Positions 48,702-58,880 of a stretch of DNA of 64,000 nucleotides are shown piece by piece. Each line of letters starts with the position of its first letter. The first letter of the stretch is position 1. A program made the position numbers and the translations under genes. The stretch is from Candidatus Latescibacterota bacterium (GTDB lineage Bacteria; Latescibacterota; UBA2968; UBA8231), in the NCBI GenBank assembly GCA_965221775.1, contig CBDCSU010000006.1:1792001-1856000 (forward strand), read 5' to 3'. The notes beneath the pieces are model-generated. The model ran no database searches, was not told the DNA's origin, and saw only the letters and a program-made list of their open reading frames with translations.

Positions 48702-49493
48702 ATGGGCAGCGGACTGAAGATGCTGACGCCAGAGCAGAAGAGCTTTTTCGAGGAGAACGGCTACCTCCATCTGCCTGGATTCTACCAGGGGGAAGCTCTG
48801 GAAGAGCTGCGGCGGCAGTACCACGAGCTGGTCACCTGCACCGAGGGCAGGCCGGCCAACATGAGCTACTCCTTCATGGAGGCTCCGGAGGGATACCCGC
48901 CGGACGAGTTCAACCCCAAGAACGTGGTGGGCATGATGGACCAGACCCTGGCCGGCGACTTCTGGTTCGACCAGTTCACGGAGCCGCGGGTGGTCTCGGT
49001 CCTGGTCGACTGCCTGGGACCCAACCTCGACTTCCACAACGGCAAGGTACGCAACAAGCCCCCGGGGTTCGTGGCCGGGCAGGGCTGGCACCAGGACTGG
49101 CCCTACGAGCGCCACTCGGAGCCGGGGCTGGCCGCGGCCATCACCTATCTCGACCCGACCGATCTCGAGGCCGGGGCGACCGAGGTGATCCCGGGCAGCC
49201 ATCGCCGGGCCCTGCCGACGGCAGAGGGCCAGTCGACGCTGGTGCAGGAGGACGTGGAGGAGTCCCGCCGCGTGGTCTGCAAAGCCGAGGCCGGCGACGT
49301 GGTCATCATCCACGTGCTCGTCGTTCACCGCGCCGGGCACAACTACACCGATCGCAGCCGCAACGCCATCATCAACGAGTACAAGACGATGGAGGCGGTC
49401 GACGAGTGGAACAACCGGTGCGCCTTCGCCGGCATGCCCTTGGCGCGAGAGGGGCGTCTCCTGATGCCGAGGCTGACCGCGTGGTCAAAATAG
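48702..49493 (+). CDS. PhyH-family Fe(II)/2-oxoglutarate dioxygenase
   Basis: FEENGYL, NKPP, WHQD, IPGSH, AGDV...HRAG.N...R. Confidence 0.85.
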   Translation: MGSGLKMLTPEQKSFFEENGYLHLPGFYQGEALEELRRQYHELVTCTEGRPANMSYSFMEAPEGYPPDEFNPKNVVGMMDQTLAGDFWFDQFTEPRVVSVLVDCLGPNLDFHNGKVRNKPPGFVAGQGWHQDWPYERHSEPGLAAAITYLDPTDLEAGATEVIPGSHRRALPTAEGQSTLVQEDVEESRRVVCKAEAGDVVIIHVLVVHRAGHNYTDRSRNAIINEYKTMEAVDEWNNRCAFAGMPLAREGRLLMPRLTAWSK

Positions 49494-49569
49494 AGCTTCT
49501 TGCCAGGAACGGGGTTCCAGCCAAACTCGGTGAGGATCTGAGGGCCCAGCCGCCAGAGCGGAGAAGACC

Positions 49570-51252
49570 ATGAGCAGCCAGACATACGGCGTCGACCGCC
49601 TGGTGGACGTCAGGGTGCCGATGCGGGACGGGGTCGAGCTCTCGGCCGACATCTACCTGCCCCGGGGGGCCGGCCCGGTGCCCGCCGTGCTGATGCGGAC
49701 CCCTTACAGCAACAGCATCGAGCCGATGATCGAGAAGGGCCGGCGGCTGGCCGGCTCGGGGTACGCCTGCGTCATCGGCGACTGCCGGGGCCGCTGGGAC
49801 TCCGACGGCGACTACTACCCCTTCCTCAACGAGGCCGAGGACGGCTTCGACACCCAGGAGTGGATCGGCGCCCAGGCCTGGTGCAACGGTAGCATCGGCA
49901 CCGCCGGCGCCTCGTACGTGGGCACCACCCAGGTGCGCCCCGCGCCGCTGGCCAGCCGGTTCCTCAAGTGCATGGCGCCGCGGGTGATCTGCGCCGACTA
50001 CCACGGCGGGCTGGTCTACCCGGGAGGGGCCCTGCAGCTGAACGTGGCCATGACCTGGGGCATGCGCACCCACGCCCGCACCGGCCAGGACATCGACTTC
50101 CACAACTGGACCGAGGCCTTCCGCTCCCTGCCCGTGGTCGACATGGACGCGGCCGGCGGCCGGCGGCTGCCGTTCTGGAAGGACTGGATCGCCCATCCGG
50201 CCTATGACGACTACTGGGCGGCCATGGACGACGAGCCGAAGTGGGGCAGCGTCCAGGCGCCGGCCTTCCACATGGGCGGCTGGTACGACCTCTACGCGAG
50301 CCAGACCTTCTCCAACTTCAACGGGATGCGGTTGGCCGGCGGCTCCGAGGAGGCGCGCCGCAGCCGGCTGATCGTCGGTCCCTGGCCGCACTCGCTGAGC
50401 GCGTCCACGCGCACCGGCGACATCGACTTCGGCGAGAGCTCCCTGGTGGACCTGGAGCACGAGGAGCTGCGCTGGTTCGACCACTGGCTCAAGGGCCGGG
50501 ACAACGGCATCGACCAGGAGCCGCCGCTGCGCCTGTTCGTCATGGGGGTCAACGAGTGGCGGGACGAGCACGAGTGGCCCCTGGCCCGCACCGACTGGCA
50601 GGACTGGCACCTGCACTCCGGCGGCCGGGCCAACTCCGTCCTCGGCGACGGCGCCCTGGGCCGGGAGGCGCCGGGGGACGAGCCGCCGGACGAGTTCGTC
50701 TACGACCCCGACCACCCGGTGCAGACCCTGGGGGGCAACAACTGCTGCTCGCCCCACATCGTGCCCTGGGGACCCCACGATCAGCGTCCCGTGGAGATGC
50801 GGGGCGACGTGCTCGTCTACACGAGCCCGGTACTGGAAGAGGACCTGGAGGTGATCGGGCCGGTGGAGGCCGTGCTCTACGCGGCCACCGACGGCCGGGA
50901 CACGGACTTCACGGCCAAGCTGGTCGACGTCTCCCCGAGTGGTTACGCCATGAACCTGTGCGACGGCATCCGACGGGGCCGCTACCGGGAGAGCCGGGAG
51001 CAGGCGGCGATGCTGGAGCCGGGGAAGGTGTACGAGTACCGCATCGAGGTCGGGGTGACGGCCAACGCCTTCCGGCGGGGGCACCGGATCCGCCTGGAGG
51101 TCTCGTCGAGCAACTTCCCCCGCTTCGACCGCAACCCCAACACGGGCAACCCCTACGGCTTGGACGCGGAGTTGCGCCGGGCGCACCAGACCGTCCACCA
51201 CTGCCGGGCCTGGCCGAGCCGGCTGCGCCTGCCGGTGGTGCCGTCGCGCTGA
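49570..51252 (+). CDS. CocE/NonD family serine hydrolase
   Basis: VPMRDGVELSADIY, RTPY, DCRGRWDSDG, GASYVG nucleophile, GGWYD, GPWPH, SSSNFPRFDRN. Confidence 0.92.
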   Translation: MSSQTYGVDRLVDVRVPMRDGVELSADIYLPRGAGPVPAVLMRTPYSNSIEPMIEKGRRLAGSGYACVIGDCRGRWDSDGDYYPFLNEAEDGFDTQEWIGAQAWCNGSIGTAGASYVGTTQVRPAPLASRFLKCMAPRVICADYHGGLVYPGGALQLNVAMTWGMRTHARTGQDIDFHNWTEAFRSLPVVDMDAAGGRRLPFWKDWIAHPAYDDYWAAMDDEPKWGSVQAPAFHMGGWYDLYASQTFSNFNGMRLAGGSEEARRSRLIVGPWPHSLSASTRTGDIDFGESSLVDLEHEELRWFDHWLKGRDNGIDQEPPLRLFVMGVNEWRDEHEWPLARTDWQDWHLHSGGRANSVLGDGALGREAPGDEPPDEFVYDPDHPVQTLGGNNCCSPHIVPWGPHDQRPVEMRGDVLVYTSPVLEEDLEVIGPVEAVLYAATDGRDTDFTAKLVDVSPSGYAMNLCDGIRRGRYRESREQAAMLEPGKVYEYRIEVGVTANAFRRGHRIRLEVSSSNFPRFDRNPNTGNPYGLDAELRRAHQTVHHCRAWPSRLRLPVVPSR

Positions 51253-51281
51253 GAAGGAACCCCAACGAAGAGGAGAGAGGG

Positions 51282-52274
51282 ATGGACCGAGTGGGAGTGA
51301 TCGGCTGCCGCGGCATCGGCGTGCGGCACGCCCAGGGCATCGCCGGGCTCGAGGACGCCGAGGTCGTGGCGGCCTGCGACCTGTCCACCGACCAGCTGGA
51401 CGAGTTCGGCCAGCGCTTCCAGGAGACCTGGCCGGACCTGAAGCGCTATACCAGCCACCGCCGCATGCTCGACGAGCAGTCCCTGGACATCGTCTCCGTG
51501 GCCACGGGGGACAACGCCCACGCCCAGCTGGTCGTCGATGCGGCCGAGGCCGGCGCCAAGGGCATCTTCTGCGAGAAGCCCCTGGCGACGACGGTCGAGG
51601 ACGGGGCCCGCATGTTGGAGGCCTGCGAGCGGACCGGCACCGTCCTGTCCGTCGACCACACGCGGCGCTTCATGCCCATGTGGGCCCACGCCAAGGAGCT
51701 GATCGAAGCCGGGGAGATCGGCGAGGTGCAGTACATCGTCGGCTCCTTGCGCGGCGGCCGGGCGATGCTCTACCGCAACGGGACCCACTCCATCGACGCC
51801 ATCTGCTGGTACGCGGACTCGGCCCCCGAATGGGTGCTGGCGGACCTGGAGACCGGGTACGAGGACTACACGGAGTACCGCGGCGACGGCGGCCACGACC
51901 CGGCCACCGAGCCGGGCGCCTACGGGATGATCCGCTTCGCCAACGGGGTCCGCGCCTTCTACGCCGGCGGCTCGAAGACGACGCCGGGGCCCAAGTCCAC
52001 CACCGAGGTCATCGGCTCCACCGGCCGCCTGCTGATGTCGGGCACGGATGACGGGGTGATCTTCCGCGGCGAGGAGGCGGAGCCCCTGCCGATTCCGGAG
52101 TGGCCGGTCTCGGGGATCGAGGCCGGCATGCAGAGCCTGGTGCGGGCCGTGCGCGAGGGGCGTCCCCCGACCTCGACCGGGCGGGAGGCGCAGCGCGTGG
52201 TGGAGGTGATCGCCGGATTCCTGCAGTCCCAGCAGGAGGGTCACCGGCCGGTGATGATTCCCGCCGACCGCTGA
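51282..52274 (+). CDS. Gfo/Idh/MocA family oxidoreductase
   Basis: VGVIGCRGIG, DIVSVAT, FCEKPLA, GTHSID. Confidence 0.86.
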   Translation: MDRVGVIGCRGIGVRHAQGIAGLEDAEVVAACDLSTDQLDEFGQRFQETWPDLKRYTSHRRMLDEQSLDIVSVATGDNAHAQLVVDAAEAGAKGIFCEKPLATTVEDGARMLEACERTGTVLSVDHTRRFMPMWAHAKELIEAGEIGEVQYIVGSLRGGRAMLYRNGTHSIDAICWYADSAPEWVLADLETGYEDYTEYRGDGGHDPATEPGAYGMIRFANGVRAFYAGGSKTTPGPKSTTEVIGSTGRLLMSGTDDGVIFRGEEAEPLPIPEWPVSGIEAGMQSLVRAVREGRPPTSTGREAQRVVEVIAGFLQSQQEGHRPVMIPADR

Positions 52275-52278
52275 GGCC

Positions 52279-53163
52279 TCAGTCGAGCCGGTACAGCCGC
52301 GCGGCGTTGCCGTGCAGCAGGGCGCGCTGATCCTCCTCGGAGCGCGAGGCGATGATCCGCCGCAGGGCCTGGACCCACTCCCCGAGGCTGGCGCCCAGGG
52401 TGCAGACCGGCCAGTCGCCGCCGAAGACGACGCGGTCGGGGGGGAAGGCGTCCAGGCAGTGGTTGACGGTGGGGACCAGCAGCTCGGCCGACCAGCCCTC
52501 GGTTACCCGGGCGACGATGCCGGAGATCTTGCAGACTACGTTGGTCCGCTGACCAAGGGCCGAGATGCCGTCCCGCCACTGGCCGGCCGTGTGGGCGAAG
52601 GGGCCCTCCTCCGGCCCGGCGGTGCCGGCGACGATGTTGGGATCGGCATTGCCGCAGTGGTCGAGGATGAGCAGGGTCCCGGGGCAGCGCTCGGAGAGGG
52701 TTACCGCGTCGTCCAGCTCACCGGGACGCAGGCAGACGTCGAAGCTCAGACCGGCATCCCCGAGCCGCCGAACGCCGTCCACGAAGGCTTCCTGCAGACA
52801 GGTTCCCGGCGGCGCGTCGGCGTGCAGGATCCGGCGCACGCCGCGCACGTGGGGCTCGTCGCGCAGGCGGCCGACCCAGTCGGCGAACCCCGGGTCCGCC
52901 GGACGGCCGGAGACCACGGCGGCGGCCATCGGGTCGGCCGGGTCGGCGCACAGCTGTCCCACGTGGTCGACCTCGGCGGCGATCTGCTCCGGCGCCACGT
53001 CAACCTCCATGTACACGGTCCGCTCCACGCCGCAGTCCTCGGCGGCGGCGGCGTAGTCGGCGGGCAGGAAGCTGCGGTTCAGGGGCTCCACCCCGTCGAG
53101 CCAGGGGAGCCGGAAACGAGACAGGTCCCAGAGGTGCTGGTGGGTGTCGATGATGGGATGCAT
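52279..53163 (-). CDS. Amidohydrolase_2 family (sugar-lactonase-like)
   Basis: IDTHQHLW, ILDHCG, CKISG, FGGDWPV, NAARLY. Confidence 0.87.
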   Translation of the reverse strand: MHPIIDTHQHLWDLSRFRLPWLDGVEPLNRSFLPADYAAAAEDCGVERTVYMEVDVAPEQIAAEVDHVGQLCADPADPMAAAVVSGRPADPGFADWVGRLRDEPHVRGVRRILHADAPPGTCLQEAFVDGVRRLGDAGLSFDVCLRPGELDDAVTLSERCPGTLLILDHCGNADPNIVAGTAGPEEGPFAHTAGQWRDGISALGQRTNVVCKISGIVARVTEGWSAELLVPTVNHCLDAFPPDRVVFGGDWPVCTLGASLGEWVQALRRIIASRSEEDQRALLHGNAARLYRLD

Positions 53164-53259
53164 GGGGGAAGCTCTCCGGGTTGTGATTGGTTCGGGACCG
53201 AGGCGGACCTCGCGCGCCCGCAGGTCCGCAGGATCCGGGACGCCTGCAGGCGCGGCCCA

Positions 53260-54129
53260 TCAGGGCCACAGCAGGCGGCGCGCTGTGGAGTACAATATGG
53301 ACCGCTTCTCGGCGTCGGTGAGGAACTCGGCCTTGCGGATGGCGTCGACGGCGGCCGGCAGGTCCCGGGGCGGGTCCGCCATGAGCACCGGTCCGCCGCT
53401 GTCGCTCTCCCACATGCAGCGGTCGGCGCCGAAGGCGGAGACCACGGCGCGCAGCAGGGGCTCTGTGCCGGCGAAGGGGCGGTCGCCGCCGCCGAGGGCG
53501 TGGATCGGCCCCAGCTTGACGTAGACCCGGGGGTGGCGGGCGAGGGCGGTCAGGCTCTCCAGCTCGGCCGGGTCGATGCGGCCGCCGCGGAGGCGCACGC
53601 CGGCCATGTGGTCGAGGATGACGGGCGCCTCCGGGAAGCGCCCGCACATGCGGTCGACCTCGGCCAGGTCCTGGGGGCCGAGGAGGAAGCTGAGGACGAG
53701 GCCGTGCTCCGAGGCGGCGGCGAACATGCGCTCGTACCCGTCCTGCTCCAGCCAGCGCTCACCCTGGCCGAAGTCGGACTGGGCGCTCCGGCCCCTGATG
53801 CGGAAGGCGCGCACCCCGCGGGCGGCCAGGTCGAGCATGGTCCGGTCCGGCCGCCCAAGGGAGGCGTCGGCGACGGCGGGAACGATGCCGGTGCCCACGC
53901 AGCGGTCCGGATCGGAGTCGATGAGGTCGACGATGTAGCTGTGGTCGAGCCCGTACCAGGTGATCTGGATCAGGTTCAGGCACATCGGCTCGCCGACGGC
54001 CTCGCTCCAGCGGCGGTGGTCGTCGGGCGTGAAGGAGCGCAGCCAGGGGTCGGAGGGGCCGAAGCCGGGAGCGTAGGGGTAGCGGTCCCGGGCGGGGCTC
54101 CAGACGTGGATGTGGGCGTCGACGATCAC
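53260..54129 (-). CDS. Amidohydrolase_2 family protein
   Basis: VDAHIHVW, ILDHMA, VYVKL, RCMWESD, TARRL. Confidence 0.85.
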   Translation of the reverse strand: MIVDAHIHVWSPARDRYPYAPGFGPSDPWLRSFTPDDHRRWSEAVGEPMCLNLIQITWYGLDHSYIVDLIDSDPDRCVGTGIVPAVADASLGRPDRTMLDLAARGVRAFRIRGRSAQSDFGQGERWLEQDGYERMFAAASEHGLVLSFLLGPQDLAEVDRMCGRFPEAPVILDHMAGVRLRGGRIDPAELESLTALARHPRVYVKLGPIHALGGGDRPFAGTEPLLRAVVSAFGADRCMWESDSGGPVLMADPPRDLPAAVDAIRKAEFLTDAEKRSILYSTARRLLWP

Positions 54130-54233
54130 CGGCGGGTTCCTGCCTCCGGGGGGTTGCCCGAGGGGCTGCGCATCGTACGCACGGGGAAGGGCGGGCTCAA
54201 GGCCGGTCCGGCCGTCGCCGAATCGAGGAGATC

Positions 54234-55082
54234 ATGAAAGAGATCGAGAAGTACCTCTTCGACCTGCAGGGTTACATCGTCCTCGAGGGAGTCCTCTCCG
54301 AGGCCGAGGTAGCCCGGGCCAACGAGGCCGTCGACCGTCACGCCGACCGCATCCGCGAGCGCACCGGCGAGCTCTCCCTGTCCGGTGACTCCGCCGCCCT
54401 GAGAGGGACCACAGGGCGCGGAGACCTGGGCGGGCTCCTGGGCTGGGAGAAGCCCTGGTGCGATCCCTTCCGGGAGATGCTCGTCCACCCCCGCGTCGTC
54501 GCCTGCCTCAACGTCATCCTCGGCCCTGGATGGCGCCTCGACCACAACGGTGGCCTGATCTCCATGCGCAAGGGGGCCGAGGGTCATCTCCTCCACGGCT
54601 CCTCGGGCCCCGGCTTCGACCGCCACCAGTACTACCACTTCCAGAACGGCCAGATGCACAACGGCCTGACCGTGGCGGCCTGGCAGCTGACCGACAGCAA
54701 CCCCGGGGACGGCGGCCTGTGCCTGATCCCGGGAAGTCACAAGGGCAACTACGCCTGTCCGCAGGAGGTGAGGAAGTGGCTGGCGCATCGGGAGATCGTG
54801 CGCCAGGTCGCGTGCAGGGCGGGTGACGTGGTGATCTTCACCGAGGCGGTGACCCACGGCACCCTCCCCTGGACGGCGGACCACGACCGCCGCAGCGTGC
54901 TGTTCCGCATGTCCCCGGGAAACCTGGCCTACGCCACCGGCTACAACCCCTGGCCCGAGGAGATGCTTGTGGGCATGACCCCCGAGCAGCGCGCCGTCCT
55001 CGAGCCCCCGTACCACTCGCGGCTGAACCGGCCTGTGCTCGGCGACGACGGGAAACTGGTGCAAGAGCCGGAGGCGCGCTGA
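54234..55082 (+). CDS. PhyH-family Fe(II)/2OG enzyme with atypical H-G-S motif
   Basis: YLFDLQGY, LLHGSS, GGLCLIPGSHK, AGDVVIFTEAVTHGT...RR. Confidence 0.8.
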   Translation: MKEIEKYLFDLQGYIVLEGVLSEAEVARANEAVDRHADRIRERTGELSLSGDSAALRGTTGRGDLGGLLGWEKPWCDPFREMLVHPRVVACLNVILGPGWRLDHNGGLISMRKGAEGHLLHGSSGPGFDRHQYYHFQNGQMHNGLTVAAWQLTDSNPGDGGLCLIPGSHKGNYACPQEVRKWLAHREIVRQVACRAGDVVIFTEAVTHGTLPWTADHDRRSVLFRMSPGNLAYATGYNPWPEEMLVGMTPEQRAVLEPPYHSRLNRPVLGDDGKLVQEPEAR

Positions 55083-55117
55083 ACCCCGGGCGCCTTACTT
55101 GGGAGGGCCGACGGAGG

Positions 55118-55906
55118 ATGACCATGCTTGCCGACCGCATCACCGAACGACAGTGGAGCGACTTCCAGGAGCGGGGGTACCTGCGCCTGGGCCGGGCCGG
55201 GGCCGGGGAGATCGCCGGCCTGCAGCGGCGCATCGACGAGATCATGCTGGGCACGGCGGAGATCGACTACGACGAGGTCCTGATGCAGCTGGACCGCTCG
55301 GACGGCCCCGACTCGAGGCCCGGTCCGCAGTCCAGGGGCCACAAGGGAGCCACCCTGGCCTATCGCAAGATCCAGAACCTGGAGCTCGACCCGCTCTTTC
55401 TCGCGTACCTGCAGAAGCCCCTGTTCCGCCACGTCTGCGGGAGGACCTACGGCGAGGAGGCGGCGGTCGCCTGCTACCGCGCCATGTTCATGAACAAGCC
55501 CTCCGGACTCGGCACCAACCTGATCTGGCATCAGGACCGCTGGACGGCCCTGGACAGGGATCCCCTGGTCACGGTGTGGACGGCGCTGGACCCGGCGACC
55601 CCGGAGAACGGCTGCGTGCAGATCGTCCCCGGCTCGCACGGGCGGCTGCTCAACCCCGAGCAAGGGTCCGGGTTCCTCACCGAGGAGATGGCGGGGGAGA
55701 TCGCCTGCCGCTCCGACATCGAGCAGCTGGAGATGGAGGCGGGGGAGGTGGTGCTGCTGCACAACCACCTGCTGCACTCCTCGGGCGTGAACCGCACCCG
55801 GCAGTCGAGGCGCGCCTTCAGCGTCTGCTACATGGAGGCGGCCACCGTGTGCAGCAGCGGCGCCACCTTCCCCGTCGTCTTCGGGGAAGGGGCCCTGGCG
55901 GCTTAG
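55118..55906 (+). CDS. PhyH-family Fe(II)/2OG dioxygenase
   Basis: FQERGY, NKP, WHQD, WTALD, NGCVQIVPGSH, LLHSSG.N...RRA. Confidence 0.87.
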   Translation: MTMLADRITERQWSDFQERGYLRLGRAGAGEIAGLQRRIDEIMLGTAEIDYDEVLMQLDRSDGPDSRPGPQSRGHKGATLAYRKIQNLELDPLFLAYLQKPLFRHVCGRTYGEEAAVACYRAMFMNKPSGLGTNLIWHQDRWTALDRDPLVTVWTALDPATPENGCVQIVPGSHGRLLNPEQGSGFLTEEMAGEIACRSDIEQLEMEAGEVVLLHNHLLHSSGVNRTRQSRRAFSVCYMEAATVCSSGATFPVVFGEGALAA

Positions 55907-55916
55907 GCCGGCCGGC

Positions 55917-56657
55917 TCAGACCGCCCAGTACTTCCACAGGTCCTCCGGCACGTCGTACTTCATCTCCTCGCGGTCGGTGCGGTGCCAGCGCGCGAAGAC
56001 GCCCAGCCTCGGGCGGGCGCGCACGTTGGCCGATCCGGTGTGACAGAGGAAACAGTGCCAGAGGATGACGTCGCCGGCCCGGCCGGTGAACTCGACGGGC
56101 TGGTGCGGCGACTCGTCCGAGAACAACCCCCATTGTCGCTCTTCCCAGTCCGCCCGGTCGCGGAAACTGCCGTCGATCTGCTCCGGGTGCTCCCGGAAGT
56201 AGGCCTGCACCGGCTCGTGGCTGCGCGGCCAGTAGACGAAGCCGCCGCCCCCGGGCTCGACGTCGTCCATGTAGGTGGTGGCGCCGAGCATGAAGCCGCC
56301 GCTCCAGCCCCCCGGGCCGTAGCCGTCGATGTGGCCGGAATCCGGCATCTGCCAGGCCGCGTCTTCGGGCCCCGGCCACTTCACCAGCATCGACCCCCCG
56401 CCGCCTCCGAACATGCCGCCGCCGACCTGCTCGATGATCGCCCGCATGCGGGGAAGCTGCCCGAGGGGCGGGTCCACGCCGAAGCCCTGGATCACGTAGT
56501 CTTCCGGCCAGGTGGCCGGGTCGTCGCGGTCGGCGCCGACGTGGGACCAGAACTGGTCGCGCCAGGCGGAGAGCGTCTCCGGGTCGACCAGCCCCTCCAG
56601 GAGGAGGAACCCCTGGCGCTTGAAGAGGTCGATCTGTCCGCTGTTGAGGGGGCTCAT
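55917..56657 (-). CDS. PhyH-family Fe(II)/2OG dioxygenase
   Basis: FKRQGF, GHIDGY, WPRSH, AGDVILWH..CHTGSAN....R. Confidence 0.82.
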   Translation of the reverse strand: MSPLNSGQIDLFKRQGFLLLEGLVDPETLSAWRDQFWSHVGADRDDPATWPEDYVIQGFGVDPPLGQLPRMRAIIEQVGGGMFGGGGGSMLVKWPGPEDAAWQMPDSGHIDGYGPGGWSGGFMLGATTYMDDVEPGGGGFVYWPRSHEPVQAYFREHPEQIDGSFRDRADWEERQWGLFSDESPHQPVEFTGRAGDVILWHCFLCHTGSANVRARPRLGVFARWHRTDREEMKYDVPEDLWKYWAV

Positions 56658-56838
56658 CGGGGTTCCTCCAGGTCAGGGGGCCGGACGCTCGGCCCTCCGG
56701 GGGGTTGCGGGGCAGCGGCAAAAGGAAACCCGGCGGTCCCGGCGGCGGCAAGGACCGGGTTGTGGGCGGGTGGGCAGGGGCGCTTCTTTGCTGCCCCCGC
56801 CCGGATCCCGGGCAGGGCCAAGAGAGGGAGGGAGATTC

Positions 56839-57597
56839 GTGAGCAACCCGCTGTCCTACCGCGCCGGGACCCTCGAGGACCCGGGCCTGCCCTGGGCCCG
56901 CATCGCCGAGACCGGCGTGCAAGGCATCGAGATGGTCTGGAGCGACGGCCTGACGGCGCCGGCGGCTTCGGCGGCGCTGGAGCCGCACGGCCTGCGGGTG
57001 ACGTCGCTGAGCGTGCTCTGTCCGCTGGAGGACGACGGTCTGCCGGCAAGCATGGCCGCCCAGGCGGCGGTGGCCGCCGACCTGGGGGCCGACTACCTCT
57101 TCACCAGCGCCGGGGGCGCGGGCATGTCCCTGGCCGAAGCCGGCGAGCGGCTGCGCAGGCTGGGCGACGCCGTTGGCCCCCACGAGGTGTACCTGGCCCT
57201 GGAGACGCACCCGGAGCTGTGCACCAACGCCGACCGCATGGAGGCGACCATGGCCGCCGTCGACCACCCCTGGGTGGGGGTCAACTACGACACGGCGAAC
57301 GTCCACTACTACAACCACGGCGTCGACACCGTCGATCAGCTGCGCCGCTGTGTCTCCCACGTGCGCGGCATGCACCTGAAGGAGACCAGCGGCGGCTACC
57401 ACGACCACGACTTCCCCGTCTTCGGCGAGGGCATCGTCGACTTCGCTGCGGTCTACGAGGTCCACGGCCAGGCCGGGTACGAATCCGCCTGCACCATGGA
57501 GCTGGAGGGGCCCGTCTTCGGGCGCCGGGACCCGGACGACCTGGCAGCCAAGGTGGCCCGCTGCGTGGAGCACCTGAAGAGCGTCGGCGTCGCTTGA
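56839..57597 (+). CDS. Sugar phosphate isomerase/epimerase (xylose-isomerase-like TIM barrel)
   Basis: LETHP, NYDTAN, HLKE, FGEGIVDF, TMELE; GGAG RBS before GTG. Confidence 0.82.
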   Translation: MSNPLSYRAGTLEDPGLPWARIAETGVQGIEMVWSDGLTAPAASAALEPHGLRVTSLSVLCPLEDDGLPASMAAQAAVAADLGADYLFTSAGGAGMSLAEAGERLRRLGDAVGPHEVYLALETHPELCTNADRMEATMAAVDHPWVGVNYDTANVHYYNHGVDTVDQLRRCVSHVRGMHLKETSGGYHDHDFPVFGEGIVDFAAVYEVHGQAGYESACTMELEGPVFGRRDPDDLAAKVARCVEHLKSVGVA

Positions 57598-58880
57598 CGG
57601 ACCGGCCCAACATCCTGCTGATCAGTACCGATCAACAGTCGGCCTCGGCCATGAGCTGCGCCGGCAACCAGGACCTGCGCACCCCGAACATGGACCGCCT
57701 GGCGGCCGAGGGCGTTCGGTTCTCTCGTGCCTACTGCACCCAGCCCCTGTGCGCGCCGGCGCGGTCGAGCTACGTCACCGGCCGCATGCCCCACGACACG
57801 GGCGTCACCAGCAACAACGAGCCGCTGCGGGAGGCCCTGCACGGCCAGACGCTGGGCCGCCTGCTGGGTGACGCCGGGTACCGCTGCGCCCTGGCCGGCA
57901 AGTGGCACGTCCCCGGCATCACGCCGGAGGAGGGCGGCCTCGAGGTGCTGTGCGGTCCCAGGGACGACGAGGTCTCCGGGGCGGCGGCGGAATTCCTGCG
58001 GTCGGGGGAGGGCCCCTTCTTCCTCTTCGCATCCTTCCTGAATCCCCACGACGTCTGCCAGCTGGCGCGCTCGCAGCCGCTGCCCCAGGGGCCGGTGCCG
58101 GAGCCGGCTTCCCTGGCCGAGTGCCCGAACCTGCCGGTCAACTTCGAGGAGCCGCCCTTCGGCCCGGAGATCCTGCGCTTCGTGCAGGTCCACAGGCCGC
58201 GGGTCTACGCGGCGGCGGGATTCATGGCCGAGGAGTGGCGCCGCTTCCGGCACCAGTACTTCCGCATCGTGGAGAAGGTGGACGCCGAGATCGGTCGCCT
58301 CCTCGAGGCAGTGCGAGACGCCGGCCGGTGGGACGACACCCTGATCCTGCTGACCTCCGACCACGGCGACGGCCACGGTGCCCACCGCTGGAACGGCAAG
58401 ACGGCGTTGTGGGAGGAGGTGATCCGGGTGCCGCTGCTGGCCCGCGGGCCCGGGGTGCGGAGGCCGGGGCGCGTCGAGGAACGGCTGGTCTCCAACGGTC
58501 TCGACCTGCTGCCGACGATCTGCGAGGCCGCCGGAGCCGCGGCTCCCGCGGATCTGCCGGGACGCAGCCTCGGGCCCCTGCTGGCGGGAGAGGAACCGGG
58601 TGACTGGCGGCAGGATCTGGTGGTGGAGACGATCACCGGCATCGGCGACGGCCCCGGCGGGCCGGCGCTGGCCCGGGCCCTGGTGGGGGAGCGCCGCAAG
58701 TACAGCGTCTACGCCCTCGGGCGCGGCCGGGAGCAGCTCGTCGATCTGGACTCCGACCCGGGGGAGATGGTGAACCTCGCCGTGGAGGCCCGCTACGGTG
58801 AAGAGCTGGCCGCCTGCCGCGAGCGGCTGCGGTCGCTGTGCCGGGCCGGCGGCGACGACGTGGGGAGGCTGATACCGTGA
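57594..58880 (+). CDS. Sulfatase (Cys-type)
   Basis: RPNILLISTDQ, LCAPAR, GKWH, NPHD, TSDHGD; TTG start overlapping the upstream stop. Confidence 0.88.
   Translation: MTDRPNILLISTDQQSASAMSCAGNQDLRTPNMDRLAAEGVRFSRAYCTQPLCAPARSSYVTGRMPHDTGVTSNNEPLREALHGQTLGRLLGDAGYRCALAGKWHVPGITPEEGGLEVLCGPRDDEVSGAAAEFLRSGEGPFFLFASFLNPHDVCQLARSQPLPQGPVPEPASLAECPNLPVNFEEPPFGPEILRFVQVHRPRVYAAAGFMAEEWRRFRHQYFRIVEKVDAEIGRLLEAVRDAGRWDDTLILLTSDHGDGHGAHRWNGKTALWEEVIRVPLLARGPGVRRPGRVEERLVSNGLDLLPTICEAAGAAAPADLPGRSLGPLLAGEEPGDWRQDLVVETITGIGDGPGGPALARALVGERRKYSVYALGRGREQLVDLDSDPGEMVNLAVEARYGEELAACRERLRSLCRAGGDDVGRLIP

Noticed and set aside
55983-58880. Apparent long fusions from extended ORF starts (965-aa sulfatase, 1009-aa propeller, 1243-aa AddA, 529-aa MsrA)
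   Set aside because: The N-terminal parts are low-complexity read-through overlapping real genes in other frames. The true starts lie at stop/start overlaps.
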